Part shown: positions 51,916-62,455 of the stretch, in pieces | Layout: every line of letters begins with the position of its first letter | Numbering within the stretch: position 1 is the stretch's first letter | DNA from: an uncultured Candidatus Saccharibacteria bacterium | Lineage (GTDB): Bacteria > Patescibacteriota > Minisyncoccia > Phycocordibacterales > UBA12088 | Reading direction: 5' to 3' | Assembly (NCBI GenBank): GCA_964531785.1 | Contig: CAZHFF010000002.1 | Coordinates: forward strand, 29,851-93,850 | DNA length: 64,000 bases | Translations under genes and position numbers: made by a program | The notes under the pieces: model-generated | What the model was told of the DNA's origin: nothing | The model's input: only the letters and a program-made list of their open reading frames with translations | Database searches by the model: none

Positions 51916-53445
51916 TTATCGTGCAAATTCTATCGCTTTGGTCTCTCGAAATACGGCAATTTTTATCTCACCGGGGTATTTGAGCTCCTGTTCCACGCGC
52001 AGTGCGATGCTCCGCGCCAGATCTCGAGCCTCAAGGTCGCTCATGTCCTCCGGGCGAACGAATATGCGCACTTCACGACCCGCACTGATCGCATAGCTCT
52101 TCTCGATGCCCGGGAAGCTGTTCGCGATATCCTCGAGCTCCTGGAGGCGCTTGAGGTAGTTCTCAACGGAATCGCGGCGTGCTCCTGGTCTTCCGCCTGA
52201 TATCGCGTCGGCGACCTGGACGATGATCGATTCAGGGGTTTCATACGGGTACTCTTCATGGTGACTCTGCATCGCTTTTATGATGCGCTCGTCGACGCCG
52301 AACTTTTGCAGGATCCTACGCCCGATCTCGACGTGCGTTCCCTGAACATCATGGTCCACGGCCTTTCCGATGTCATGCACGAGTGCTCCGGCGCGCGCGA
52401 CCTGCACATCAGCACCCAGCTCCTCCGCCAGTAGGCCGGCAATGTGTGCCATCTCTACTGAGTGTGCTAACACGTTCTGACCGTAGCTCGTTCTGAAGTG
52501 GAGCCTTCCAACTATCATGAGTACGCGCGGGTCAAGCCCAAGGACACCAGCCTCGTATGCTGCCTGCTCACCCTTTTCCTTGATGATACGATTTATCTCA
52601 TCAGTAGCTTTCTGTACGGACTCCTCGATCTTGGCAGGCTGGATGCGACCGTCGAGGATGAGATTCTCGAGCGCAACACGCGCGATCTGACGCCGGACCG
52701 GGTCAAAGCAGGAAAGGGTGATCATGCCGGGTGTATCGTCGATGAGGACGTCGACTCCCGTGACGCGTTCGAACGCCCGGATGTTCCTCCCCTCTTTGCC
52801 GATGATCTTACCCTTGATATCCTCGTTCGGTAGGACGATGGATGTCGTGAGGACGTCGGTCGTGACCGCATTGCCGAGGCGGTGGATGCTCGTCGTGAGT
52901 ATGTCGCGCGCCTTCTGTTCGAGCTTTTCTCGGCCGAACTGTTCGAGCTTCTGCATCCGGACCACCATATCTTCCTGGCTCTCCTTTTCAATCCGCAGCA
53001 TGAGCTCGTTCTTCGCGTCATCGACGCTCAGTCCGGCGACTCGCTCAAGCTCTTTCTGTTGGTTCGCGTGGAGCTCGTCGGCGCGCGCTTTGACCGAGTG
53101 AACCTCCTCGATCTTCTTCTTCACGTGCTCGATCTCCCGATCGAGGTCCTGCTGGCGCTTGTCGAGGAACGCCTCACGATCAAGAATGCGTGTTTCGGTC
53201 TTCTTGAGGAAATCCTCCTTCTCTTTCAATTCCTTTGCTCGGACCGTCGCCTCTTCTTTTGACTTGCGCTCTGCCTCCTCCTCTATCTTGTTCGCTCGCT
53301 CCTTTGCCTCGAGCATCATTTGCTTGATCTCGAGCTCCATCGAACCGCGTTTTCCGGCCGCAACGATATAGCGCAGGTAGTATCCAAATGCCGTGCCAGC
53401 GGCAACGGCAGCTACGATCGCTAGTGCTATGAGTAATGGCGTCAT
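51916..53445 (-). CDS. rny: Ribonuclease Y
   Basis: 509 aa. N-terminal TM helix, Lys/Glu-rich coiled coil, KH domain (IIGKEGRNIRAFE) and HD domain (HSVEMAHIAG...VHDIGKA). Confidence 0.95.
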   Translation of the reverse strand: MTPLLIALAIVAAVAAGTAFGYYLRYIVAAGKRGSMELEIKQMMLEAKERANKIEEEAERKSKEEATVRAKELKEKEDFLKKTETRILDREAFLDKRQQDLDREIEHVKKKIEEVHSVKARADELHANQQKELERVAGLSVDDAKNELMLRIEKESQEDMVVRMQKLEQFGREKLEQKARDILTTSIHRLGNAVTTDVLTTSIVLPNEDIKGKIIGKEGRNIRAFERVTGVDVLIDDTPGMITLSCFDPVRRQIARVALENLILDGRIQPAKIEESVQKATDEINRIIKEKGEQAAYEAGVLGLDPRVLMIVGRLHFRTSYGQNVLAHSVEMAHIAGLLAEELGADVQVARAGALVHDIGKAVDHDVQGTHVEIGRRILQKFGVDERIIKAMQSHHEEYPYETPESIIVQVADAISGGRPGARRDSVENYLKRLQELEDIANSFPGIEKSYAISAGREVRIFVRPEDMSDLEARDLARSIALRVEQELKYPGEIKIAVFRETKAIEFAR

Positions 53446-53703
53446 GGTGTGGAGAGTACCACCATGACCGTCTGTGTGCTTTGCAAATTACCTGGTCGTG
53501 CGAATACAGTGCGCAGTTGCGCCATTCTTATACTTGTCTGTACGTTCGTCCGGTGTTGTTCATGAGCAAAGTGTACATACGGTCGTGGTCGGTAGCTCGG
53601 TGTTATGTTCCTAAATAGTGCTTTTCAGCCGTACCCGCACTATACCAGAGGAGTTCGGGTATGACAAACTTGCTCCAGGTACGGCTCGAGCCGAGCGTCG
53701 GCG

Positions 53704-54327
53704 CTACGCTTTATAGATCTGATCGATGATGCCGTATTTCTTCGCTTCTTCCGCGGTCATGAAGAAATCACGATCTACATCCTTCTCGATCTTCGCAAGC
53801 GGCTGTCCGGTGTTCTTCGCGAGGAGCTTATTGAGCCGGTCGCGGGTCGAGAGGATGTGGCGTGCTGTTATCTCTATGTCGGCCGCCTGCCCCTGGACGC
53901 CGCCCCAGGGCTGGTGGATCATCACCTCGCTGTTCGGCAGCGCAAAACGCTTGTTCTTGGCGCCTGCAGAAAGGATCACCGATGCCATCGATGCCGCAAG
54001 GCCCACACACACGGTCGCGACATCAGGTTTGATGAAGTTCATCGTATCAAGTATGGCCAAGCCGGCGCTCACCGATCCGCCCGGGCTGTTGATGTAGAGC
54101 TGGATATCCTTTTTTGGGTCCTCGGCCGCAAGGAAGAGGAGCTGGGCGACCACGAGGTTAGCGGTGTAGTCCTCGATAGGTCCCCCGATGAAGAGAATAC
54201 GTTCCTTGAGGAGGCGTGAGTATATATCGTACGCGCGCTCGCCGAACTGGGTCTTTTCAATGACCATGGGGACGAGCTGTGCGTGCGGCGTTGTTTCTTG
54301 CATGTTGGTTAGTTGTTCGTAGTACAC
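53704..54327 (-). CDS. clpP: ATP-dependent Clp protease proteolytic subunit
   Basis: 207 aa. [25 protein letters not shown] (catalytic Ser) and MIHQP. Confidence 0.95.
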   Translation of the reverse strand: MYYEQLTNMQETTPHAQLVPMVIEKTQFGERAYDIYSRLLKERILFIGGPIEDYTANLVVAQLLFLAAEDPKKDIQLYINSPGGSVSAGLAILDTMNFIKPDVATVCVGLAASMASVILSAGAKNKRFALPNSEVMIHQPWGGVQGQAADIEITARHILSTRDRLNKLLAKNTGQPLAKIEKDVDRDFFMTAEEAKKYGIIDQIYKA

Positions 54328-54405
54328 GGACTATCCTAGCAGATTTTGACAAATATGCAAGACTGTGCTACTCTTTTACAGAACTGAGCAGAAAGGGGTA
54401 CTTTG

Positions 54406-54738
54406 ATGAGAATCTTGGTCCGTCGTGCACATGAAGAAACGCACGTTCAGCCTGTGGCAACGGTGAGGAGCAAATACGACAAGCATTACCTGGTCGTACA
54501 CAACCACCGGCAAACATGGACTCATACGGTTGCCGAGCTACTGCCTCCTGGTTATCGCTTTGCGTACGGTGGAGAGCTAGACTATGCTCACCCGCTCCCG
54601 GAAGGGATCAGCGCCACGGTCGCGCTTGGCGACGGAGAACAAAAACTAGTTCGTGTTCGGTACGCCGGTCGGCAGTACTGGCATACCACCGAATTCGGTT
54701 TCGGCGATTACTACGGATTCGCCATTGTTCGTTGCTGA
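54406..54738 (+). CDS. Hypothetical small protein
   Basis: 110 aa from the ATG after AAAGGGG. A terminator hairpin follows. No recognised motif. Confidence 0.5.
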   Translation: MRILVRRAHEETHVQPVATVRSKYDKHYLVVHNHRQTWTHTVAELLPPGYRFAYGGELDYAHPLPEGISATVALGDGEQKLVRVRYAGRQYWHTTEFGFGDYYGFAIVRC

Positions 54739-54750
54739 TCGGCGTCGCCT

Positions 54751-54788
54751 CATTCCGGCATCACCATGGTGCCGGAATGCTTTGTTTA
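54751..54788 (+). terminator. Rho-independent terminator
   Basis: CATTCCGGCA...TGCCGGAATG followed by CTTTGTTT. Confidence 0.7.
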
Positions 54789-54826
54789 CACGCAATACTA
54801 GTCGGTGTTACTGTGTGCCACTGCTT

Positions 54827-55930
54827 CTAGGCAGTGCCTTCGGGGCCTGGATCAGTCTTGTTCCTCTGATTCACCGCGGCCCCGCCCTCTAACAGCTCAA
54901 ATACACGCTCGTTCGTAAGCATCGTGCCAACATACGCACGGACCGAGGATTCATCTGCCTGTGAGTAGTGCTCCATGATATGGCCAACTTCGCGGTTGAA
55001 ACGGTTCTCATCGGGCACAATGCCTTCCTGCTTGGCTATTTCGTTGAGGAGCACCTGGAGCTTTGCCCGCTTTTCAGCGTCAGGAGCCCATTCTTTACGA
55101 AGCTCCTCATCGCTCTTTTCGACCTTCGCAAGGTAGGCTTCGATCGTCATGCCCATACGCCTTACGCTTTCTCCGAACTCACCCATCATCTTTTCAAGCT
55201 CGCTCTCGATGAACAGGGCGGGCACCTCCACCTTGGTCTTCGCGAGCACGGCGTCGATGATCGCGAGCCTGCGTGCTTCATATGCCTTGCGCTTCTTTTC
55301 GCGGAGGAGCTGTTCGCGTAGGGTTGCCGTGAACTCATCTGCGGTCTTGAAGTCACCAAGTCGTTGTACGAAGTCATCGGTCAACTCGGGGATGACGGAT
55401 TCGCCACTTTCCTCTTCCGGGTCCTGTGTGAACGCCTGGCGTAGTCTGAGGAGTTCTGCGCTCACCTCGGTGTCCTCCACGGCAACGAGCTCCGGGTCTG
55501 GTTGGTCCCTGTGTGCACGTTCCGCGATCGTGCGGTAGTCAGGCAGGGTGACCTGCGGATAGAGCGCGGTCTCGATGCGAAAACCGAGCGGATTCCCTGG
55601 GGCTAGTTTGGTCAGGGTGATCGCTGGGCGGCCGACCGCGTCGAGCTTCTCGTCCTCGAGGATGTGGCCGTATGCGTGCGCAAGGACCCGCTCAGCGACC
55701 TCTTCAAGGATCCGTTGCTCACCAAGGTGTTCCACGAGGAGCGCTTCGGGAACATGACCTTTCCTGAAACCTGGCAGAGCCACATCTTTGCCGAGCGCGC
55801 GGATAGCTCTCTCTCGCTCTTCAGTAATGACCGCGACAGGTATCTCGCCGGTTATGATGGCGAGTGACGGTGCGCGTCGTTCGATCGTGAGCCGTTCGTA
55901 CTGCTTCGGATGGGTGTGTTCAGGTTGCAT
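54827..55930 (-). CDS. tig: Trigger factor
   Basis: Start moved to MQPEHTHPKQ. GFRKGHVP ribosome-binding signature. tig-clpP neighbourhood. Confidence 0.85.
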   Translation of the reverse strand: MQPEHTHPKQYERLTIERRAPSLAIITGEIPVAVITEERERAIRALGKDVALPGFRKGHVPEALLVEHLGEQRILEEVAERVLAHAYGHILEDEKLDAVGRPAITLTKLAPGNPLGFRIETALYPQVTLPDYRTIAERAHRDQPDPELVAVEDTEVSAELLRLRQAFTQDPEEESGESVIPELTDDFVQRLGDFKTADEFTATLREQLLREKKRKAYEARRLAIIDAVLAKTKVEVPALFIESELEKMMGEFGESVRRMGMTIEAYLAKVEKSDEELRKEWAPDAEKRAKLQVLLNEIAKQEGIVPDENRFNREVGHIMEHYSQADESSVRAYVGTMLTNERVFELLEGGAAVNQRNKTDPGPEGTA

Positions 55931-56009
55931 AGGCACGAGTCTAGCGTGTTCAGTGTACAAACGCAAACCCGCAGCGGGCGGGTCGCGCTGTTCGGGTATG
56001 TCTCGACTG

Positions 56010-56393
56010 CTACTCCGTTCCTGCGCCGACAGCGGCATCGAGTTCGGTCATGAGCTGGTCGAGTTCGGCATCGAGCGGTTCAAGCTCCGTGTTCTCAAGA
56101 TCCGCCTCGATCGCTTCGACGTCCGTGCTCGTGCCGAGCTCTGCCCACGCTGCCTGCACCGGGTCTAGGGCAGGCAGTTCAGGAGCCAGCTCCTCTTCGA
56201 GCTGTGCCACCGACCCCCACACATAGAGCAGTGCAAGCACGACCACGATGAGTGCCAAGACGCCGATGATCAGCAGGTTCTTTGCTACATGATCTTCATG
56301 TGATGAGGCTTCTGTACGATCATGCTGGGGAGCCGGATCGAATGTTCCTGCTCCCGCCTCGCCACCTTCGTTCTGTTCGCTCTGCTCTGTCAT
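56010..56393 (-). CDS. Small acidic single-TM protein
   Basis: 127 aa. TM helix NLLIIGVLALIVVVLALLYVW and a highly acidic C-terminal half. Confidence 0.5.
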   Translation of the reverse strand: MTEQSEQNEGGEAGAGTFDPAPQHDRTEASSHEDHVAKNLLIIGVLALIVVVLALLYVWGSVAQLEEELAPELPALDPVQAAWAELGTSTDVEAIEADLENTELEPLDAELDQLMTELDAAVGAGTE

Positions 56394-56419
56394 GGTAGTC
56401 GTACACTATGCTGCTAAAC

Positions 56420-57265
56420 CTACTCCACCGTTTCCTCTGCGGTTTCGACTATCACCTCTCCTCTATCCTCGCGGCTCACGACACCCGGGTCCGTTTTGAG
56501 CAGCATGACCGTTCGTGTGAGCGCTTCGTGGACCGATCTGACGCCTTCCTTGGCGACCATGATCCCCGTTCTCAGTTCGGCACGGAGCTTCCTGGGGTCC
56601 TCTGCACCAAGTACGTAGGCTGCTATTTCGCCGAACGCAACGATATCCTCTCGTGCTGTGGCGATAGCGATATGCGCACCACGGAGCTCTTCGCGCGCGG
56701 TTGTCAGGTCGGCCCCTGCATACTCGAGCGCACTGATGCGCGTTTCGACACGACCCGCGATCTGGGTCAGGCGGTCGAGCGCTGCGTGCATCCGGATCGC
56801 GATACGATCGACGTACTGTCCGAGCCGCGCCTGCGCCTGGTGGCTCAGGAGCGCTTGTCGCTCCACGTGATCCTGTTCTTTCTGTGTGCGTCGCAGGGTT
56901 ATCGAGTCGTCTCGGGCGCCTCGTTGTGTGCTCAGCTCACGATCGAGCTCCGCTCCCCTCACGTCCCGTGTGGTGCGGGGCATTTCAGTCTGTTCCAAGG
57001 CCATTTCCTCGTCGCTGACCGGAGCCTCGACCGCTCGTTCTCTGCGAGCCGAGGGAACGGGTCGGTCTGATGTCTCAGGATCGGGTTCCTTGTGCGAGTC
57101 CATGCCGCTCTGTGCGCGTGTGAGCGGGTCTTTGAGCGCTGTTACCGAGGTGCCCTGGGTGGACGCGTCGACTCGATACGCGAGTATGCCGAGGACCGAG
57201 AGGAGCAAAATCGCGAGCAGGAGCGAGGAAAGACGTCTTGATCCGTGAATCTGGTGCTCTGACAT
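56420..57265 (-). CDS. N-terminally anchored helical (DUF5667-like) protein
   Basis: 281 aa. TM helix LSSLLLAILLLSVLGILAY and a helical Arg/Glu/Ala-rich ectodomain. Confidence 0.5.
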   Translation of the reverse strand: MSEHQIHGSRRLSSLLLAILLLSVLGILAYRVDASTQGTSVTALKDPLTRAQSGMDSHKEPDPETSDRPVPSARRERAVEAPVSDEEMALEQTEMPRTTRDVRGAELDRELSTQRGARDDSITLRRTQKEQDHVERQALLSHQAQARLGQYVDRIAIRMHAALDRLTQIAGRVETRISALEYAGADLTTAREELRGAHIAIATAREDIVAFGEIAAYVLGAEDPRKLRAELRTGIMVAKEGVRSVHEALTRTVMLLKTDPGVVSREDRGEVIVETAEETVE

Positions 57266-57350
57266 GGAATACTGTCGATTTAGAGAGTAACAGGGCGTTT
57301 CTACAGTATAGCAAACCGCCCCTCGTTGGGGGCGGTTGCCTGTTTAAAAC

Positions 57351-57893
57351 CTACTGCTTACCGCCGAACTCGTCCTGATAGAGCGCTATGGCCTTGCGTA
57401 CGACCGCAAGTGCTTCTGCCTTACCCTGGTACCCCCTGGTCTCGACCGTTGCGGTCTTCCCCTTGAGCGCTTTGTATGTCTGAAAGAAATGCTCGAACTC
57501 GCGGAGGTTGTGCTTATTGAGGTCCGCGAGGTCCTGGGTGTCATCCCATCGCTTGTCGGCTGCTGGTACCGCGACGACCTTCACGTCCGAGTCGCCATCG
57601 TCGACCATGTCGAGGAGCGCGACCGGTCGTACGCGCACGAGTATGCCAGGGTCGAGCGCGAACGTGGTCAGGATGATCACGTCGAGTGCGTCACCGTCCT
57701 CCCAGTAGGTCTGCGGCGCGAAACCGTAGTCGAACGGGTAGGGTGCAGCGCTGTAGTTCGCCCGATCAAGCGCAATGAGTCCGGTCTTCTTGTCGATCTC
57801 GTACTTGTTGTAGCTGCCCTTGGGTATTTCAATGATGACGTTGAATTCTTCGGGCGCTTTCTCGCCCAGTGAAACGTCGTGCCACAGGTTCAT
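57351..57893 (-). CDS. ppa: Inorganic pyrophosphatase (family I)
   Basis: 180 aa. IIEIPKGSYNKYE, YPFDYGF and DGDALDV. Confidence 0.95.
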   Translation of the reverse strand: MNLWHDVSLGEKAPEEFNVIIEIPKGSYNKYEIDKKTGLIALDRANYSAAPYPFDYGFAPQTYWEDGDALDVIILTTFALDPGILVRVRPVALLDMVDDGDSDVKVVAVPAADKRWDDTQDLADLNKHNLREFEHFFQTYKALKGKTATVETRGYQGKAEALAVVRKAIALYQDEFGGKQ

Positions 57894-57922
57894 GGTGTCG
57901 TAATTAGTGATTTCTCGTAACG

Positions 57923-59218
57923 CTACACGTTCTCTTCCTCTTCGGCCGTCGCCGCTTCTGTCGGCGCGGTCTCTGCTTCCTCCACGTCGGTCGAGGGGTT
58001 CTCCTCGGTCTCATCGGTCAACTCACCTGCTTCCTCGACCGAGACATCCCCCGCCTGGTCTGCAGCGGCCATGTTCTCGCCCTGGGTCGAGTGAATGTCG
58101 ATACGCCAGCCGGTTAGCTTTGCAGCCAAGCGCACGTTCTGGCCTCCGCGACCGATCGCGAGTGACTGCTGATCCTCGGACACTTCCACGACGGCACGGT
58201 GGTCCGCTTCGTTGATATCCACATCGAGGACCTTCGCAGGCGACAGCGCATCTTCGATGAAGTGAGCCGGTTCGGGGTCCCACTCGATGATGTCGATCTT
58301 TTCACCTCCGAGTTCGCTCATGACCGTCGACACGCGCACGCCGCGCTGGCCGACCAGTGCACCGACCGGATCGATGTGGTCGTCGATAGCGTGTACCGCA
58401 ACCTTCGAACGGCTCCCCGGTTCGCGCGCGATCGCCTTGATCTCGATCGCTCCGTTAGCGAGCTCAGGCGCCTCTTGCTCGAACAGTTTCATAAGGAATC
58501 GAGGATGGCTGCGTGACACTCGAATGACCACGCCACGCGGACCTTCCTCGACCGAGTACAGATACGCGCGCACACGCTCGCCTTGGCGGAACCGCTCACC
58601 CGGTATCTGCTCGTCGTAGGGCATGAGTGCCTGGGTGCGGCCCAGATCAAGGAATATGTTGCCGCGCTCGACGCGCTGCACGGTTCCGGACACGACCTCT
58701 CCTTCGCGGCCCTCGAACTCGCCCAAAATGCTCACCTTTTCCGCTTCTCGTATCTTCTGGATGATGACCTGCTTGGCCGTCTGAGCTGCGATACGTCCAA
58801 AATCATCCTGTGGCTCAAGCGGAAATACGATCTCTTCGTCGACCTCGACGCCTTTCTTGATGCGGCGAGCGTCTTCGAGCAGCATGTGCTTCTCGGGGTC
58901 GAAACGTACCCGTTCATCGTGCTCATCATCGGCGCCTTCGTGGGCGGTCGCCCTTGGGTCGTCGTTCTGGTCGCCCTCTTCGGACTCGTCAGGGAACCAA
59001 ACACGGCTCTCGTCGACGACGAACTTGACCTGGAAGAACTCCGTTGCGCCCGTATTTAGGTCGAATTTCGCGCGGACGACCTGACCTCGCTTGCCATACT
59101 CCTTCTTGTATGCGGTGGCGAGCGCGGTCTCGATCGCTTCGAGCACGCGCGCGCGCGGAATGCCGCGCTCTTCTTCGAGCTCACCAAGGACGCTCGTGAT
59201 TACCTTTAGATCGAACAT
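57923..59218 (-). CDS. nusA: Transcription termination/antitermination factor NusA
   Basis: 431 aa. N-terminal domain, S1 domain, two KH domains (IGRGGQNVRLAAKLTGWRIDI), and an acidic C-terminal tail. Confidence 0.95.
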   Translation of the reverse strand: MFDLKVITSVLGELEEERGIPRARVLEAIETALATAYKKEYGKRGQVVRAKFDLNTGATEFFQVKFVVDESRVWFPDESEEGDQNDDPRATAHEGADDEHDERVRFDPEKHMLLEDARRIKKGVEVDEEIVFPLEPQDDFGRIAAQTAKQVIIQKIREAEKVSILGEFEGREGEVVSGTVQRVERGNIFLDLGRTQALMPYDEQIPGERFRQGERVRAYLYSVEEGPRGVVIRVSRSHPRFLMKLFEQEAPELANGAIEIKAIAREPGSRSKVAVHAIDDHIDPVGALVGQRGVRVSTVMSELGGEKIDIIEWDPEPAHFIEDALSPAKVLDVDINEADHRAVVEVSEDQQSLAIGRGGQNVRLAAKLTGWRIDIHSTQGENMAAADQAGDVSVEEAGELTDETEENPSTDVEEAETAPTEAATAEEEENV

Positions 59219-59470
59219 ATATGGTTTGTTATTGATAACCGTGTTCTCACGTTCTTAACAAGAATGTCCCCAACGGGGACATCACAGATAGTTATATGGT
59301 ACCAGTCCTGAGGTGTGTGTCAAGATGGTCCGGGTGACAGGACCGGACACTCGGTCGGACACATCAGCATGTGCTGTCGCCAGCTCCAGCTTTTGTTGAA
59401 AAGTGCGGCGCTCTTTGGTAGTGAACTTGGTACAATAAGACGAAGCAAAGGGCGACCTTTGGGCTTCACC

Positions 59471-61225
59471 ATGCACACCAGCTCGACGCAGCTGAAAAAC
59501 TTCATCCTTGACTCTGGTCTCGTGTCTCGTGCTGTCTATACAACTGCGGAAGAGGAGGCCAAGGACAAGCGCATGACGACCGAGCAGGTGCTTGTGAACA
59601 AGGGGCTCATCACCGAGGATGATCTCAGAAGAATGCAGGCATACGTGCTCGGTGTGCCCTTCATCAGTCTGGTGAAGGAGAAGATACCCTATGAGGTGCT
59701 CTCCCTCATTCCTGAGCCGATCGCCCGGACTCATAATGTGGTAGCGTTCAAGAAGCACGAACGCGAGCTCGAGGTCGCGATGCTCGATGTCGAAGATTTG
59801 CGATCCATCGAGTTCATAAAGAAGAAGGTGGGCCTTAAGATCCTACCGCGCCTTACGGACGCCGAGTCCATCAAGCATGCACTCCAGCTTTACCAGAAGA
59901 CGCTCAAAGACGAGTTCGGTGATCTCATCAAGCGTGAGACCGCCTCGCTCAATCTGGTCGAGCTCAAGGAGGGAGATGAAGAGGTGTCCGAGGCGGATCT
60001 GAAGAAGATCGCCGAAGATGTGCCTGTCGTGCGTGTCGTGAACGCACTCCTCAAGCACGCGATCATCCAGAACGCTTCTGACATCCATATCGAACCTCTC
60101 GAAAACGAGATGCTCGTTCGGTACCGTATCGATGGTATTCTCCATGACGCAATGACCTTGCCGAAGAATGCAGCCGCCTCGATCACTGCACGCATCAAGG
60201 TGCTATCGAACCTGAAGCTTGATGAAAAACGACTACCCCAAGACGGTCGTTTTAAGATGGCGGTCGATAATGAAAAGGTCTCGTTCCGCGTCTCGCTCTT
60301 GCCTACCTACTATGGTGAGAAGACCGTCATGCGCCTCTTGCGGGAGAACAGGGGAGGTTTTTCGCTCGAAGGGCTCGGTTTCCATGGGGAAGGCCTTGAA
60401 CGGGTACACCGCGCCATGAAGCAGACGACCGGTATGATACTTACGACCGGGCCGACGGGTTCAGGGAAGACCACGACGCTCTATACCGTGCTCGATCTCC
60501 TGAACACACCGGATGTGAACATTAGTACGGTAGAGGATCCGATCGAGTACCAGATGGCACGTATCAATCAAACCCAGGTGCGTCCCGAGATCGGCTTCAC
60601 GTTCGCACGCGGTCTCCGTGCGCTCGTGCGCCAGGACCCGGACGTCATCATGGTCGGCGAGATCCGTGACAGTGAGACGGCTTCGCTTGCGGTCAATGCC
60701 GCGCTCACCGGCCACCTTGTGCTTTCGACGCTCCATACGAACTCGGCGGCTGGGGCGGTGCCCCGCCTCATGGATATGGAGGTAGAGCCGTTCCTCCTCA
60801 CCTCGACCCTGCGTGTGGTGATCGCCCAGCGTCTGGTAAGGCGCCTGCATGGCGAAAAGGAGGCCTATCAGCTGACCAAAGAGGAAGCTGTTGCACTGGG
60901 CAGAATGGTCGATTTTGATGTGGTGTTGCGGGCACTGCGTGCGGAGAACATCATTGAAAAGAGCACCAAGGTCGAGGACCTAACGTTCTACCGACCCAAG
61001 CCGACCGAGGAGGCACCTGACGGGTACAAGGGGAGGTCGGTCATCAATGAGGTGCTTCTCGTAAGCTCTGCTATCAATGAGCTGATCCTCAAGCAGGCGT
61101 CGAGCGATGTGATCGAGACCCAGGCACGCAAGGAAGGCATGCTTTCGATGGGAGAGGACGGTATATTCAAGGCCGTGCAGGGTATTACTACGATCGATGA
61201 AGTGCTGCGTGTCGTGAGCGACTAA
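59471..61225 (+). CDS. pilB: Type IV pilus assembly ATPase PilB (GspE family)
   Basis: Start moved to MHTSSTQLKN. Walker A TGPTGSGKTTT, Asp box, Walker B IMVGEIRD and His box LSTLHTN. Confidence 0.9.
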   Translation: MHTSSTQLKNFILDSGLVSRAVYTTAEEEAKDKRMTTEQVLVNKGLITEDDLRRMQAYVLGVPFISLVKEKIPYEVLSLIPEPIARTHNVVAFKKHERELEVAMLDVEDLRSIEFIKKKVGLKILPRLTDAESIKHALQLYQKTLKDEFGDLIKRETASLNLVELKEGDEEVSEADLKKIAEDVPVVRVVNALLKHAIIQNASDIHIEPLENEMLVRYRIDGILHDAMTLPKNAAASITARIKVLSNLKLDEKRLPQDGRFKMAVDNEKVSFRVSLLPTYYGEKTVMRLLRENRGGFSLEGLGFHGEGLERVHRAMKQTTGMILTTGPTGSGKTTTLYTVLDLLNTPDVNISTVEDPIEYQMARINQTQVRPEIGFTFARGLRALVRQDPDVIMVGEIRDSETASLAVNAALTGHLVLSTLHTNSAAGAVPRLMDMEVEPFLLTSTLRVVIAQRLVRRLHGEKEAYQLTKEEAVALGRMVDFDVVLRALRAENIIEKSTKVEDLTFYRPKPTEEAPDGYKGRSVINEVLLVSSAINELILKQASSDVIETQARKEGMLSMGEDGIFKAVQGITTIDEVLRVVSD

Positions 61226-61231
61226 GAGCAC

Positions 61232-62452
61232 ATGCCGAAATTCACCTACAAAGCATTGCGTGACGATAGAACCTCATACGAGGGGGCGATCGATGCCCCG
61301 GACCGGTTCGCCGTATATGACCTGGTGCGTAAAGAGGGGGGGCAGATCGTTTCGGTCACAGAGGCTCGCGGCGGTCGATCAGCGCTCTCGTTCGATGTCG
61401 GCAAGTTCTTCAGTCGAGTGAAAGAGATAGATAAGATACTCATGACCCGTAACCTGTCGGCGATGATCAATGCCGGTCTCACGCTCTCGCGTGCGCTTGG
61501 AGTCATCGAGCGGCAGGCACGTGGTGCACGACTCAAAGAGGTTGTTGCAGGCTTGATGACGGACATTGAAAAGGGAGGTACGCTCTCGAGCGCCATGCTC
61601 AAGTACCCTAATGTGTTCCCGAGTTTGGTGACGTCGATGGTCGCGGCGGGTGAAGAGGCCGGTACGCTCGCCGATACGCTCGGCATCATCTCATCTCAAC
61701 TCGAACGAGCATATGAGCTCAAGAAGAAGATACGGGGCGCGATGATCTATCCGGCGGTCATCGTCACCGTGCTCGTTGGCGTTGGAGCGCTCATGCTCAT
61801 TTATATAGTTCCGTCGCTTACTGACACATTCCGATCGATGGAGGTCGCGCTGCCGCTCAGTACCCAGGTTGTCATATTCATCAGCGACTTTCTGGTCGCT
61901 CACACGCTCCTGGCGTTTGCCATCCTTGTCGCACTGATCGCGGGCTTTGTAGCGGGCATGCGAACAGCGGTCGGCAAACGACTGTTCGAGACCGTGTTCC
62001 TGCGGGTCCCGGTCATTGGCACGCTCATGAAGGAAACGAACAGCGCTCGGACCGGCCGGACCATGGCATCGCTCCTCACATCCGGAGTCAACATGTTGAC
62101 CGCGATCGACATTACCAAGGACGTGGTGCAGAACAGTTATTATCGTGAGGTCCTTGCGGAAGCTCGAGCCGAGGTCCAGAAAGGCAAGCCGCTCGCAGAT
62201 ACGTTCATGGCACACGAGGACCTGTATCCTCCGCTCGTTGGCGAGCTTATTGCCGTTGGTGAGGAGACCGGCGCACTGCCGGACATGCTCCGCGAGGTCG
62301 CTGAGTACTATGAGCGCGAAGTGGAACAGAAGACTAAGAACATGTCGACGATCATAGAACCGTTCCTCATGCTCATCGTGGGAGGCGCGGTCGGTTTCTT
62401 TGCTGTTTCTATGATCACGCCGATCTACACGATAACGTCGAGCATTCAGTAA
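61232..62452 (+). CDS. pilC: Type IV pilus platform protein PilC (GspF family)
   Basis: 406 aa with two GspF repeats (LSRAL....GG.LS.A, GEETGALPDML) and 3 TM helices. Confidence 0.9.
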   Translation: MPKFTYKALRDDRTSYEGAIDAPDRFAVYDLVRKEGGQIVSVTEARGGRSALSFDVGKFFSRVKEIDKILMTRNLSAMINAGLTLSRALGVIERQARGARLKEVVAGLMTDIEKGGTLSSAMLKYPNVFPSLVTSMVAAGEEAGTLADTLGIISSQLERAYELKKKIRGAMIYPAVIVTVLVGVGALMLIYIVPSLTDTFRSMEVALPLSTQVVIFISDFLVAHTLLAFAILVALIAGFVAGMRTAVGKRLFETVFLRVPVIGTLMKETNSARTGRTMASLLTSGVNMLTAIDITKDVVQNSYYREVLAEARAEVQKGKPLADTFMAHEDLYPPLVGELIAVGEETGALPDMLREVAEYYEREVEQKTKNMSTIIEPFLMLIVGGAVGFFAVSMITPIYTITSSIQ

Positions 62453-62455
62453 CGT

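Noticed and set aside
53446-53703. The 258-bp spacer between rny and clpP, with nested inverted repeats (GCCGTACC...GGTACGGC, CGGCTCGAGCCG). I considered it as a possible sRNA.
   Set aside because: It is most simply the clpP terminator plus the rny promoter and leader. I found no independent promoter-terminator pair and no recognisable RNA family signature.
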